Below the pieces are notes generated by a model, which searched no databases, had not been told where the DNA came from, and saw only the letters and a list, made by a program, of their open reading frames with translations. From Nitrosopumilus sp. (GTDB taxonomy: Archaea > Thermoproteota > Nitrososphaeria > Nitrososphaerales > Nitrosopumilaceae), in assembly GCA_965249555.1 (NCBI GenBank), contig OZ252243.1, positions 256,001 to 320,000 of the forward strand: a stretch of 64,000 bases of DNA, given 5' to 3'. Made by a program: the position numbers and the translations under genes. Positions within the stretch are counted from its first letter, which is position 1; each line of letters begins with the position of its first letter. Positions 38,882 to 49,743 of this stretch are shown here, piece by piece.

Positions 38882-40042
38882 ATGGTAAATGAGCATGCAT
38901 TAACAGTCAGTTTAGAAGAATTTGGATTAAGCAAATACGAGGCACAGGCATATGTATCCCTAATTGCCAAGGGAACAATTTCTGCAGGTGAATTGGCATA
39001 TTATTCGGAGATTCCACGAACCAAAATTTATCCAACTTTATTAAAACTAGAAAAAAAGAAGCTGACAATAATTTCAAAGAGTAAGCCAATAATGTGTACA
39101 GCAATAGCACCTGAAGATGCATTTGATGGAATCATTCATGAACAAATCAACAAGGTAAATGCAATGAACACGTTAATTTCAAATTTGAAGAAGGCAAGTG
39201 AAGAAAGTAGAAAGTCAAGAGGATCTGAAGAAAAAAGATATTTTCAACTTGGTGCAAACAATGTTTTAGCTCAACTCCAAATTATGATTGAAGGTTCCAA
39301 ATCATCAATTAAGATAATGGTAGACCCATGGGGTTTTGGATTACTAGCTGAATGCAAAGAACAGCTACTATCAGTTTTACGTCGAAATCTAGATGTCAAA
39401 GTACTTGTTTTGCCAACACAGATTTGCTCTGAATCATATAGAGCAATTCCTGAAGGAGTAGAAATTAGAGCATCAGAGATTACCCAAAATTGCTTCATCT
39501 TTGATGAAACTGAATTATTAATGGTAAACAACACCAATGGTGAAGGGGCAGTTTTTTCATCAACTGAAATTCTAGGAGTTAATCAAGAAAGAGTGTTTTC
39601 TAATATTTGGAAAAATGCAACAAGAACTAAAGCTCTTGCAGACATGACAAAAACAGAAGCACAGGAGATTTACAAAATCATCAAGACTGTTAATGAAACT
39701 GGTTTGATGCATGTCCTAAATTCTTTAATGGTATCAAAAAAGCAGGAATCAGACATACTAAAACTGTTGGAGAAAAATGGAATTTCTTTCAAATCAAAAT
39801 CACTTGATGAAGTCATAGAGATAATGGATGCCATAATGCAGATTACATGCTCAGGACACGTAAACTTTGAAGCAAGCACAAAAAACATTACAATCGAATC
39901 AAAACTAAACAGTGGACATTCTCTACCTTGGGTCTCTATTTTGGACGGATGTCTTCAAAGACAAGGCTACAAAACCAGAACAGTTTATCAAAATAATTCT
40001 AACAAAGGCGAAAAAGTCCACATTAAGATAACTAGAAAATAA
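38882..40042 (+). CDS. TrmB-family transcriptional regulator
   Basis: LEEFGLSKYEAQAY..L...IPRTKIYPTLLKLEKK. Confidence 0.9.
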   Translation: MVNEHALTVSLEEFGLSKYEAQAYVSLIAKGTISAGELAYYSEIPRTKIYPTLLKLEKKKLTIISKSKPIMCTAIAPEDAFDGIIHEQINKVNAMNTLISNLKKASEESRKSRGSEEKRYFQLGANNVLAQLQIMIEGSKSSIKIMVDPWGFGLLAECKEQLLSVLRRNLDVKVLVLPTQICSESYRAIPEGVEIRASEITQNCFIFDETELLMVNNTNGEGAVFSSTEILGVNQERVFSNIWKNATRTKALADMTKTEAQEIYKIIKTVNETGLMHVLNSLMVSKKQESDILKLLEKNGISFKSKSLDEVIEIMDAIMQITCSGHVNFEASTKNITIESKLNSGHSLPWVSILDGCLQRQGYKTRTVYQNNSNKGEKVHIKITRK

Positions 40043-40067
40043 AGAGTCAAAAGTCAGAAATTACATT

Positions 40068-40264
40068 CTCAGGGAAAAATATCAATTGAAGCACTCTTTG
40101 AGATAATCAAGGATACGTTTAGCATTAGGACAGTTCTGGTGAAAGGATTTGAGAACGTACAATCATTCGTGCTGATTTGCGTGTTGGTGTATCAGTTGGC
40201 AGTGTATTGTAACTGTAATTAAAAGTGAGAATCCAAGGACTGTGAAAAGAATGCTTTGCTGTTA
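40068..40264 (+). pseudogene. transposase C-terminal remnant (IS4/IS5-like DDE)
   Basis: KISIEALFEIIKDTFSIRTVLVKGFENVQSFVLICVLVYQL resembles the IExxFxxxK DDE signature. Confidence 0.55.
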
Positions 40265-40497
40265 GAGAAAAGTTTTGGTTTTTTTGTAAATCATTATGCC
40301 CAAGTCTCAAATAACTATAATGTATTAGTGTTTTTCCAAGATATCTTAAGATCAACAATATATGTGGAGATCCATGTTTTATCAAATATTTTGATTTTTA
40401 AAATAAAATAGGCTCACAAAGGGTAATTCGAATTGATCAACAGATACTGATCTTAAACTACCTAACTCCTAAATATAAGATGATCATAATTACTGTA

Positions 40498-40552
40498 CGG
40501 TCTTGTACTTCGTATGGGGTACTGTGAGGCAACTCACAGAGACCGCCTTTTT
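40498..40552 (+). ncRNA. candidate three-way-junction ncRNA associated with DUF3800
   Basis: P1 40498-40504/40539-40545, P2 40505-40511/40516-40522, P3 40523-40528/40533-40538 with GCAA loop; U5 tail; AAATATAA at 40471. Confidence 0.65.
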
Positions 40553-40554
40553 AA

Positions 40555-41298
40555 TTAAAATGAACAGTTCCCTCTAAGGTATGTGTTAGGATGATTAAGG
40601 TTGAAATATTTATGATGGATAGATAGCCACCGATCTTGTTTCGCACCTTTACTTTTTGCTCTAATCAGTACAGAATATGCAAAAAAATCACTGAATTGTA
40701 AGATAGGTTCTTTTGCAACTTTTGCAAAAATAATTCTATCTGCAACATTATCAAATTCCACTTTTTTTGGCAGATTATGTGTCAGATGTAGTTTTCCATA
40801 GTTTGTCTGCATCGCTTTGTTTAGTTCAGATGTAACATATTCATGAATAATCTGTCCAGTATCATTATTTTTACGTAAAAAATATTCAAATCTCTCAGTT
40901 ATGAAATTTAAGGCTATTATTCTCTGATGGATTTCTTTAACATATCTATTATAGATATAATTCAAATCAATATGACATGAAATTAAAGTACACTCACAAT
41001 CATTAATCCCATCAAACATTCTATCGGCAATATTGATTTTCTGCTTACCTGTCAACTTGTCATAGGGAAATTTTACACCTTGTCTCAGTTTGTGATAATG
41101 TAGTTTAAAATTATCTTGTAACTCTAAATGCCCAAAATTATCTTGTATGATTTCACTGACGATTTTTTCTAACTGTTGCTTCTTTGTGTTTTCAACAATG
41201 ATACCCCCTAAAACAAAGTATTTGTTATCTGGTAAATGATGTGTATTTTTACGATAATTTTGGACATAACCACTTTCATCAATGAATAACTCAAACAT
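40555..41298 (-). CDS. DUF3800 family protein (RNase H-like fold)
   Basis: N-terminal LFIDESG, YFVLGGII, KLHY, C-terminal LQFSDFFAY. Confidence 0.85.
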   Translation of the reverse strand: MFELFIDESGYVQNYRKNTHHLPDNKYFVLGGIIVENTKKQQLEKIVSEIIQDNFGHLELQDNFKLHYHKLRQGVKFPYDKLTGKQKINIADRMFDGINDCECTLISCHIDLNYIYNRYVKEIHQRIIALNFITERFEYFLRKNNDTGQIIHEYVTSELNKAMQTNYGKLHLTHNLPKKVEFDNVADRIIFAKVAKEPILQFSDFFAYSVLIRAKSKGAKQDRWLSIHHKYFNLNHPNTYLRGNCSF

Positions 41299-41934
41299 AG
41301 ATAGTGTATAGAAAATGACTTTGACATATATTCATGATTCCAATACATTATATCGCATTATGATGGAAAATCATATAATACTTTTACATGTAGTGGAATG
41401 TGTTTTATTACTGAATAATTTCAAAACCAACTTTTACATTATAGTTGTGGGAGACATTACTAGAAGATGGAAACTTGTGGTGGGTGCGAAGAGTAATTTG
41501 AGAATAATGCAAAGTTATCGGTCCATCAAATGCTAAGAAATGACGGTACAACATCCAACTGCCCAAAACATCCTGATACTATACAAAATACACAGGTAAC
41601 TGAGAGGTATGAGATAAATGAAAATATATGATATTTGGTTAATTATTTATAAAAATTGTATCTATTTTTGCATAATTTAGTCCATTTAGACAAAATTTAA
41701 AGTTATTAACAATATGGAAGTGTCAAGATTGAGTTCATAATATTCTAATACAACAGGTGCTGCATTTACGAAAATATGTATTTTGAATTTGTATGCCGTT
41801 TATCTTGGTTCATCCACTACGGTTACTTTTTAATCCTTTTGTAGGATAATTTAATTCACATGTGTTTTCACATGATCGTATAGGCATCATATTGTGTTGA
41901 TTGTAGCGTTATAAAAATTAGATTATTATTTAAT

Positions 41935-42508
41935 TCAAGCATATGTAAACAATTTATTATACAATTCTTCGATTGCATATGGAGTTTTACTGTTTAATAT
42001 TACATCTGCTTTTGATTTTACAGATTTATTAGAATTTGCTACAGCATAACTAATATCACAAAATTCAAACATAGGAATATCTAAATCACTATCTCCCATG
42101 GCTATTGTTTCGTGATCCTTGCCTAAACCCAATCATCTTGACTTGTTACATATTCAATAGCAGTTCCTTTATTGATTCCTTTTTTGCTAATATGATATGT
42201 ATTTTTACTTGCATGAACTTCTACAGATAATTTTGAGTTTTTAATATATTTTAATAATTTTGATTTTGTAATAGATTTTTTTTATGAGTACATTTTCAGT
42301 TTTTCTACTTTGTTGATTTATATCATTTTGATAATTTATTCATGATCTGATAGATATTTTATTAATTTATCAGGCTCTGTTCTATCTCCAAATTTGTCAT
42401 TTATTAAATTAGAGTTTATTATAATTCCTCCATTTTCTGCTATTCCATAAGGAGATGTCTTGTATTGTTTGATTAATTTTTTAACATCTTGTGATGATCT
42501 GCCAGTAC
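41935..42508 (-). pseudogene. HAD-superfamily (Cof/phosphoglycolate phosphatase-like) hydrolase remnant
   Basis: CTGRS, IAENGG, GINKGTA, AMGDSDLDIPMF motifs spread over different frames; N-terminus missing. Confidence 0.8.
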
Positions 42509-42743
42509 AAAAATACAAAGAGAAAAAAGCAGATCTTGTAACTATGGACATAGATATGCCAGAAATGAATGGACTTGATGCTTCAAGACAAATCAAATTA
42601 TTGGATTCCAAAGCAAAGATAGTGATGGTAACATCTTCAGATAGACCAGAATAGAAGCAGAGAAAATTGGCGTAATGGGATGGATCGGAAAACCATTTAA
42701 CCGTGACGAGATAAAAAAAGCAATTGCAGATCTTTCAAAATAA
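42503..42743 (+). pseudogene. response-regulator receiver domain remnant
   Basis: KYKEKKADLVTMDIDMPEMNGLDA...KIVMVTS, then frameshifted GWIGKPF. Confidence 0.8.
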
Positions 42744-42778
42744 TAAACAGTTTTAACTATAATTTTTTTTCTTTGACA

Positions 42779-42886
42779 TTAGTTATTTTCATACTCTTGT
42801 CTGATTAATTCAAGAGTGTTAGGATCTAATTTCTCAAAATACTTTTTTAATTCTTCTTCATTTAATTCTTCATCATGAAATAACAT
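42779..42886 (-). CDS. small acidic hypothetical protein (35 aa)
   Basis: MLFHDEELNEEELKKYFEKLDPNTLELIRQEYENN*. Confidence 0.35.
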   Translation of the reverse strand: MLFHDEELNEEELKKYFEKLDPNTLELIRQEYENN

Positions 42887-42916
42887 TCTATTTTAAAATT
42901 ATAACTTCAATATTCA

Positions 42917-43477
42917 TTGTTAGCAGATAACAAACATGTACTAAATGCTCAAAATCTAACGATTTTAGTAAAGAAAAGTTTCATGAAAAAACTAAAATCA
43001 GACAAATTAGGCACAATAGTCCTGATTGAAGAAAAACTAGAGTCATTAGGAATAAAACTTCCAAATCCCCCAACGCCAGCAGGATCATATGTTCCTGTAG
43101 TAAGGACTGGAAATTTACTCTACATTTCAGGACAAATCCCCATGGAAGATGGCAAAGTGATCTTTACTGGAAAAGTTTCAGATAATAACTTGGAAATTGC
43201 CCAAAAATCTGCAAGAATGTGTGCAATTAACATTCTAGCACAAATCAAAAGACAAGTTGGAGATTTGGATAAAGTTTCCAAAATAGTTAGATTGTCAGGA
43301 TTTGTAAATTCTGTTTCAGAGTTTTCACAACAACCCAAAGTCATCAATCCAGCTTCAGATTTATTTTTTGAAATATTTGGTGAGAAAGGAAAGCACTCCA
43401 GAATTGCAGTTGGAGTGTCTAGTTTACCATTAGACTCTATGACAGAAATTGATGCAATCGTTGAAATTTCAGAATAA
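42917..43477 (+). CDS. RidA/YjgF family protein (true start probably near 43020)
   Basis: IEEKLESLGIKLP..PAGSY..LYISGQIP...GKHSRIAVGV. Confidence 0.9.
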   Translation: MLADNKHVLNAQNLTILVKKSFMKKLKSDKLGTIVLIEEKLESLGIKLPNPPTPAGSYVPVVRTGNLLYISGQIPMEDGKVIFTGKVSDNNLEIAQKSARMCAINILAQIKRQVGDLDKVSKIVRLSGFVNSVSEFSQQPKVINPASDLFFEIFGEKGKHSRIAVGVSSLPLDSMTEIDAIVEISE

Positions 43478-43520
43478 GATTTGGAAATTGTCTTAAATAG
43501 ATTTTTTGACTACAGTGTTC

Positions 43521-43718
43521 ATGGTTCAGATGTGCCGTGGATTGTGTGAGCGTCTAAAATCAACTTCATTTACAAACAATCTACGTTACAAAATTGGTCA
43601 AAAATGGTGTTCATTGTGTGCATTGTTTTTCTTTACTGAAGAAAACTCATGTCCGTGCTGTAAAACCAGATTAAGAACAAGGGCAAGGAGTAAAAAAGAT
43701 GACTTGCCAAGAATGTAA
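43521..43718 (+). CDS. small Cys-rich zinc-binding protein
   Basis: CRGLC...WCSLC...CPCCKTRLRT. Confidence 0.7.
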   Translation: MVQMCRGLCERLKSTSFTNNLRYKIGQKWCSLCALFFFTEENSCPCCKTRLRTRARSKKDDLPRM

Positions 43719-43880
43719 TCATGAAAAAGGAAAATGTCAGTGTTTTTGTTGTTGTTCAATATCACAGATAGGATGTATTTACTGTGTTCTTCCAGTTTTA
43801 GGATATAGGCAGGTTAAGAAAATTAGTAGAAAAATGAGAGATAGAAATAAACCTAAATGATTTAAAAAGTACAACAGCAC

Positions 43881-44249
43881 ATGTACAATTTAGAAGAGAT
43901 AGAATCAGAAAAATGTATTTCACTTGAAACATATAGAAAAAATAATCAACCAGTGAGAACCCCTGTTTGGTTTGTAGTTAAAGATGATTTGGTTTATGTT
44001 GTCACTCGAGATCAAACGGGTAAAGTGAAACGTCTTAGAAATAATCAACAAGTAAAATTTGCAACATGTAATTTCAAAGGAAAAGTTAAAGGTCAATGGA
44101 TATCAGGAACTGCTAAAATTTTAACAGAAGACGAAACCATAGAGATGGTAAAATTGAGAGACAGAAAGTATGGATTTATGGCTAAAATTGCCAAATTTCT
44201 AAGCAAAGGCAAAGGCGAGCTTTTAGCATTCTCAATTAAAACAGACTAA
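43881..44249 (+). CDS. PPOX-class F420-dependent oxidoreductase
   Basis: LETYRKN..VRTPVWF...GKVKRLRNN. Confidence 0.9.
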   Translation: MYNLEEIESEKCISLETYRKNNQPVRTPVWFVVKDDLVYVVTRDQTGKVKRLRNNQQVKFATCNFKGKVKGQWISGTAKILTEDETIEMVKLRDRKYGFMAKIAKFLSKGKGELLAFSIKTD

Positions 44250-44592
44250 CAGTTGATATTCTTAGAGATCCATAACAATTAACTCTGTCTAAACTTTCAT
44301 AATCCTATACAAAAATAAATCATAATTCATAATCTGTAGTTGGATTACGCAAAAAGTAACTGACATATTTTATTGATATGTAATTAAAAGAAAAATTACA
44401 GAGTACGAATTACCTTGGTTGACTGTATCAAACTAGCAAATAACACACAACATACATTTCATCCAGCAATTCATGACTTGATTAAATGTTATAGTTTCAA
44501 GCATGGGACTAGAGAACATTATGATGATCTATTAAATCTGACTCGTAAACTTGATGATTTCATCAAAGTACCATAATCTAGGTTAAAACAGA

Positions 44593-45071
44593 TTAAACAA
44601 TTTTTTGTAACTTTATCTCTCGCTTTAGTTTGAAAGCAGTCAATCCTGCAAATCCAAAAATTATTCCTAATCCCACATAAGCCAAAACTTGACTATACTC
44701 AATTAGTACTGCAGACACACCAGTTCCAACAACACTTGGAAGTAAAGATAATGCATACAACCACCAGCCACAACAACCAAGAGGCACCAGAGAGAAAAAT
44801 GAGAAAAAGGATGTAGTAACAACACTCCCTGAACTTCCTCCTAATGCTTTTTTCTTTACTTCAAGTTTGCATCCTAACAATTTACTTTTCTCAGATAAGA
44901 AACTTGCAAACCAATTCCTGTTCCCATTCCAATTATCACTATAGAGTTTAGTTGGAATGCAGCACTAATTGCAGCTAGTGGTTCTAATGCAGGGGTTGTA
45001 ATTACAACTACTGAAAGATACACAACTATTGTAATAATTCCAACAAGGATTGCTTTTTGAATTGGTTTCAT
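44593..45071 (-). pseudogene. membrane protein with CCG motif, split by a frameshift near 44880
   Basis: Two consecutive hydrophobic ORFs (44874-45071 and 44593-44880) overlapping by a few nt. Confidence 0.6.
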
Positions 45072-46179
45072 CTATTCATCACCATAAACTAGAGTTTGGG
45101 GATGAAATGCAATCCATTCAAACCAAAATCCGGGCTCAATTGACATCCTGTCTAATTGTTCTCCTTCATACTCGCCAGATATTGATAATCCATCATAGTT
45201 CCATTCAGAGTTTGTCTGAGAATCAAAAATTTTTCCATCCACATATTCAAAATCCAATACCACACCATTAACGGTTCTCTCAAAAGCACGAGAGTTTTCA
45301 GAATACAATGAAATCAACATTACAGAAGTGCCTCCAATAGAGTCATTGATAATAACATTTGATTCAATGTCATTTTGTTTGTATGCTTTGTAGATGTTAT
45401 TTTGATTAAATCCGATGATTATTTCTTTGGTATGCATTCTGTCATCACTATGCTCTACTGGGAACATTATTCTGGGTTCTGTGTAATAATTACCATAAGG
45501 ATCAGTGGCATACGAACGAATGTAACCAGTATCAGTTGTTAATACCAGTGTCAGGATGAAGTTTCTTCCAATCGCCCCAAGTAATAACATCAAAAGGAAT
45601 CAAATTCAGTTGATATCCAGTTAGTGTACCTTTAACTGCCATTCCAAGTGCTTGACTCCAATAAGATTCAGTAAATCTATCATACATCAATAAATTACTG
45701 TTGTATAATTTACCCGAAGTTCCAAATTCTACTTCTTGTCCATCAATAACTCGCTCAAAAACTTGATTTGTGTAACATAGCGGGCAGTAAGTAACAGATA
45801 CAGGAGTTCCACCAACTTTATCATTAACTATTTCATGCCAAACCAAAATAAAGATAGGATAAGCTTTTGCCTCCCCATTAATCTCCAGTCCAACAACAGT
45901 ATCAGAATCAGACATAAATTGAGAACCTGAAATATCAGCAAATACAGGATTATCAATTGATGGGATTCCATCTTTTGGAGGACCGCCACCTCTTATCTTA
46001 TCAAGTGGAATACTATGTTTTACACCATTTGTCTCCATTATACTAAAAACAGAAGATTTTGAATCATCTCCAGTTGAAACAGGAGTAACAACAGTAATTT
46101 CAGTAGATGCAACCTGAAATGAAACAGCCAAGACTACAAGTGCAATACCAATTACAGACGCAAGAATCTTTAGATTCAA
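45072..46179 (-). pseudogene. DUF3179 family secreted protein, frameshifted near 45545
   Basis: GGPPKDGIPSID, WHEIVND, TYCPLC, GTSGKLYNSNLLMYD; HPDT continues as LVLTTDTG in another frame; FWFEWIAFHPQT end. Confidence 0.85.
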
Positions 46180-46274
46180 TTTTAAATAATTTTGGGTTGT
46201 AAAATATTAAAAAATTACTCCAACTATTTTGGATTTGGGTGAATCCTTTTAATAAGTTTCAAAAATGTCTATCC

Positions 46275-46683
46275 ATGAATACAGAAGCAACTCTAAAGGG
46301 AGATGTATTACATGATATTACTCACTGGGGAATCAGAGCATCAATTGGAGCAATATTCATAGTTTGAAGAAATTTGATCCTAGTTGGCAAGAATGGTGGG
46401 TCACTATTGGGATTCCACCTGAAATGCAATTGCATTAGCAGAATTCATTGGAGGAGTATGTCTAGTTGTAGGAGTATTGAGAAGAGTAACAGGTTCTATA
46501 TTTGCAGTGATTTTACTTGGTGCAATATTTCACATTAGATGGGAAAATGGATTTTTTGTTTCTCAAGGAGGATGGGAATGGGATTTGGTAATGTTAACCG
46601 CAGTTCTTGCAATTATTGCTGCAGGTCCAGGAAGAATATCAATTTCACATATAGCAAAAAAAATCCCTAGATTTTTACAGTGA
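46275..46683 (+). pseudogene. DoxX family membrane protein, frameshifted
   Basis: MNTEATL..IRASIGAIFIV* followed by fragments ALAEFIGG..GGWEWDLV...GPGRIS. Confidence 0.75.
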
Positions 46684-47769
46684 TTATTTAATTTTTTTAT
46701 TTAATTCTGTAATGAATTTTTTTATTTTTGGTTTTGGAATAACACATCCACATGCCTTATCATGTCCACCACCAGAACCTCCAAGGTCAGTTGCCAAAAT
46801 ATTAACAATCTTACCCAAGTGAACTTTGCAATTTTTTGAACCTCGAACTGAAACAGCATAGATACCATGATCAACTCTTTCTTTGTATGCAACACCTACA
46901 TCTTTGCCAGATAATCCCATCACAAAATTAACAGCACCACTTGCGCCAGCATCTAGAATTTCCATATATCCAAGATTTTTCATAGTTTTCATTCCTTGTT
47001 TTACTTTGGCAATCATACGAGAGAGTTTTTCGACTTGGATTTGGGCAAACTCAAAAGTATTTGGAATATCATGTGGAAATTTAGAGTCTGCCAATTCCTC
47101 AACTAAATACAACAAATAATCTGGTTCTTTTTGATGCCCAACAATATTGTAGGTAAGTACTGTAGCACTAATTAGTGCAAATTGTCTATCATAAATTTGA
47201 AGTAATTTTGAACCAATTGGTCTATCTTCCATATAATCAGTAATGGCTGCACATGTTGCAACAAAAGAAGCATGATCATTGAGCTTGGATTTGAATGCAG
47301 TATAAACCTGAACAGCAGTGCATTCATGGATATCATGAATAACTTTGACTTTGATTTTCTTTAATGATTTTAGAACAACAGGATCAATGTCATGATGATC
47401 AATGTAAGTAACTGCAATTTTATTTTTTCTAAGAGTAGTCATAATGTCTACAAATTCATCTTGTGTTTTTTTGCTTAATCCCAGATCACAGATGTACAAA
47501 GATTTTAGTTTTTTATCTAAAACCACTTGCTGCAGCGCTTCCATTTGGCCAGGATAATCAACAAGAATTGCATCCCCGCCAAAGGCTTGTCTAATTAATG
47601 CAGCAGAACTAATTCCATCAGCATCCTCCTTGTGAGAAATACAAATAACTTTTGTTCGTTGTTTCTTTACAGTTTTTTTAGCTGTAGGTTTTTTGGTGCT
47701 AGATTTTTTAGTTGTAGACTCTTTCACAGTTTTTTTACTTTTAGATTTCTCAGTTTTAGAAACTGCCAT
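46684..47769 (-). CDS. DHH/DHHA1 phosphoesterase (RecJ-like)
   Basis: HKEDADG, ICDLG, IDHH, GGGHDKACG. Confidence 0.9.
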   Translation of the reverse strand: MAVSKTEKSKSKKTVKESTTKKSSTKKPTAKKTVKKQRTKVICISHKEDADGISSAALIRQAFGGDAILVDYPGQMEALQQVVLDKKLKSLYICDLGLSKKTQDEFVDIMTTLRKNKIAVTYIDHHDIDPVVLKSLKKIKVKVIHDIHECTAVQVYTAFKSKLNDHASFVATCAAITDYMEDRPIGSKLLQIYDRQFALISATVLTYNIVGHQKEPDYLLYLVEELADSKFPHDIPNTFEFAQIQVEKLSRMIAKVKQGMKTMKNLGYMEILDAGASGAVNFVMGLSGKDVGVAYKERVDHGIYAVSVRGSKNCKVHLGKIVNILATDLGGSGGGHDKACGCVIPKPKIKKFITELNKKIK

Positions 47770-47813
47770 TACGATTGGAAAATTACGCCCTCATTTAAAT
47801 GAAGAATGAAAAA

Positions 47814-48029
47814 TTAAGATTTTCTAAAAGACTTTTTGATGCTTTGGTTAATCAAAGAACTAGAATCAAGATAAACATCATAAAATGATAACCCTTCCAT
47901 CTGAGTTTGATGATCAATTTCTTGAATTTTTTTTAGTTCTTCTGTGGATGCATCAAGTACCAAATCATCTAATTTTTGCAAGTGTTTACGCTCGGCTGGA
48001 GACATTAATTTTTGATTAAAAATTTTCAT
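47814..48029 (-). CDS. hypothetical protein
   Basis: 71-aa ORF. Confidence 0.6.
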   Translation of the reverse strand: MKIFNQKLMSPAERKHLQKLDDLVLDASTEELKKIQEIDHQTQMEGLSFYDVYLDSSSLINQSIKKSFRKS

Positions 48030-48306
48030 TTATGACCAAAAGTTGGCAATTTAGACTAATTGAGTAGCAAAATGTCAGTAGTTATAGTTACAACATTGTC
48101 TGCTTGAAACGATCAAACAGCTATAAAATAATGAACAGTGGTTAAATAACTCAATGATTGGTGGGTATCATTGTTTTTCATATGCACTTCTCCATTATAT
48201 CACCCACCAGATCAAATTTGAATATTAGTAAAATCAAGTCATAACTTACTACAAATGGTGTTTGTGTACACTATTTTGGCGAAAATATAATAGAAGATTT
48301 TTTGAT

Positions 48307-49479
48307 ATGCTAAATATGGAAACTAAAAACATTGGCTTGCGTGGAATTGAGATTGCAGATACCAAAATCTCAAATATAGACGGAGAGCAAGGCAAGCTCA
48401 TTTATCGAGGATATGACATTTTAGATCTTGCAAAAAATTCAACCTTTGAGGAGACAGCATATTTGCTGCTTTATGATAGTCTACCAAACAAACATCAACT
48501 AAATGAATTCAATGCAAAACTGATTGATGCTAGAACCATTCCAAAACAAATGCAAAAGAACATGGGGAATTGGAGAAAAGATGCAGATCCTATGGATATG
48601 CTTCAAGCATTTGTTGCTGCACTTGCAGGATATTTTGATGAGGAATTTTCAAATAAAGATGCTAGCTATGATAGAGCCATCAATCTAGTTGCAAAAGTTC
48701 CCACAATCATTGCAAGTTGGCAGAGAATTAGAAATGGGTTAGAGATTATAGAACCTGATCCTTCTCTAAGTCATGCTGCAAATTTTCTATACATGATGTC
48801 TGGTAAAAAACCAGATCCTAAAGTTAAGAAAATCTTTGATGTATGTTTAATTCTTCATGCTGACCATACTTTCAATGCATCTACATTTACAGCAAGACAA
48901 GTTGCATCAACAAGAGCACACATGTATTCAGCAACTAGTGCTGCAATTGGTGCATTAAGTGGTGAATTACATGGAGGGGCAAATACAGAAGTTATGAAAA
49001 TGTTAGTAGAGATTGGAGAAATAGAAAAGGTTCAACCATGGATTAAAGAAAAAATGGGCGATGGAGATAGAATTATGGGAATGGGTCATGCAGTTTATAG
49101 AACATACGATCCACGAGCACAGGTTCTAAAAGAATTATCAAGAAAACTTGCAGAAGAAACCAAAGAGATATGGTTTGCTTTAACAGAAAAAGTGGAAACA
49201 GTAACTATTTCTGAGATGAGATTACAGAAAGATAGAGACATTTATCCAAATGTAGATTTGTACAGCGCATCAATTTACTATATGTTAAAAATTCCAGTAG
49301 ACCTCAATACACCAATTTTTGCAATTTCAAGAGTTGTTGGATGGGCAGCCCACATCATTGAAGAAAAATTTGCAGAAGCAGCACCAAAACCAGCACTGTA
49401 TAGACCAAAAGCAGCCTATGTTGGGAAATATTGTGGCCCAGAAGGGTGTGAATATAAAACTCTAGATTTGAGAAAATAA
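48307..49479 (+). CDS. gltA: citrate synthase
   Basis: GLRG, LIYRGY, LHADH, LHGGAN, GMGHAVY, PNVD; start moved to the ATG near 48307/48316. Confidence 0.95.
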   Translation: MLNMETKNIGLRGIEIADTKISNIDGEQGKLIYRGYDILDLAKNSTFEETAYLLLYDSLPNKHQLNEFNAKLIDARTIPKQMQKNMGNWRKDADPMDMLQAFVAALAGYFDEEFSNKDASYDRAINLVAKVPTIIASWQRIRNGLEIIEPDPSLSHAANFLYMMSGKKPDPKVKKIFDVCLILHADHTFNASTFTARQVASTRAHMYSATSAAIGALSGELHGGANTEVMKMLVEIGEIEKVQPWIKEKMGDGDRIMGMGHAVYRTYDPRAQVLKELSRKLAEETKEIWFALTEKVETVTISEMRLQKDRDIYPNVDLYSASIYYMLKIPVDLNTPIFAISRVVGWAAHIIEEKFAEAAPKPALYRPKAAYVGKYCGPEGCEYKTLDLRK

Positions 49480-49482
49480 TTT

Positions 49483-49743
49483 TTAATTTCTTGTACTAAG
49501 CCACTCTTTTGCTTTAGAGTTCACATCGTGTTTGTACAGCACTTCAAAAACCATATCATAAAATGTAATGCCTTTTTTCTGTGCCTGATCATCGAGCCAC
49601 TTTATTCCATCTGCTAATTCAGGATCATACTCAGAAAATTCAACTAGCTCATCTACCATCTTTGAGAAGAATGTGTGAGATTCAAGCATGAATACACCTT
49701 TCAATCTATGATCATAAATAGCGTATTCACAATATATTGACAA
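49483..49743 (-). CDS. conserved hypothetical protein (likely start MLESH, 49689)
   Basis: DPELADGIKWLD...TFYDMVFEVL; similar in pattern to 47814-48029. Confidence 0.65.
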   Translation of the reverse strand: MSIYCEYAIYDHRLKGVFMLESHTFFSKMVDELVEFSEYDPELADGIKWLDDQAQKKGITFYDMVFEVLYKHDVNSKAKEWLSTRN

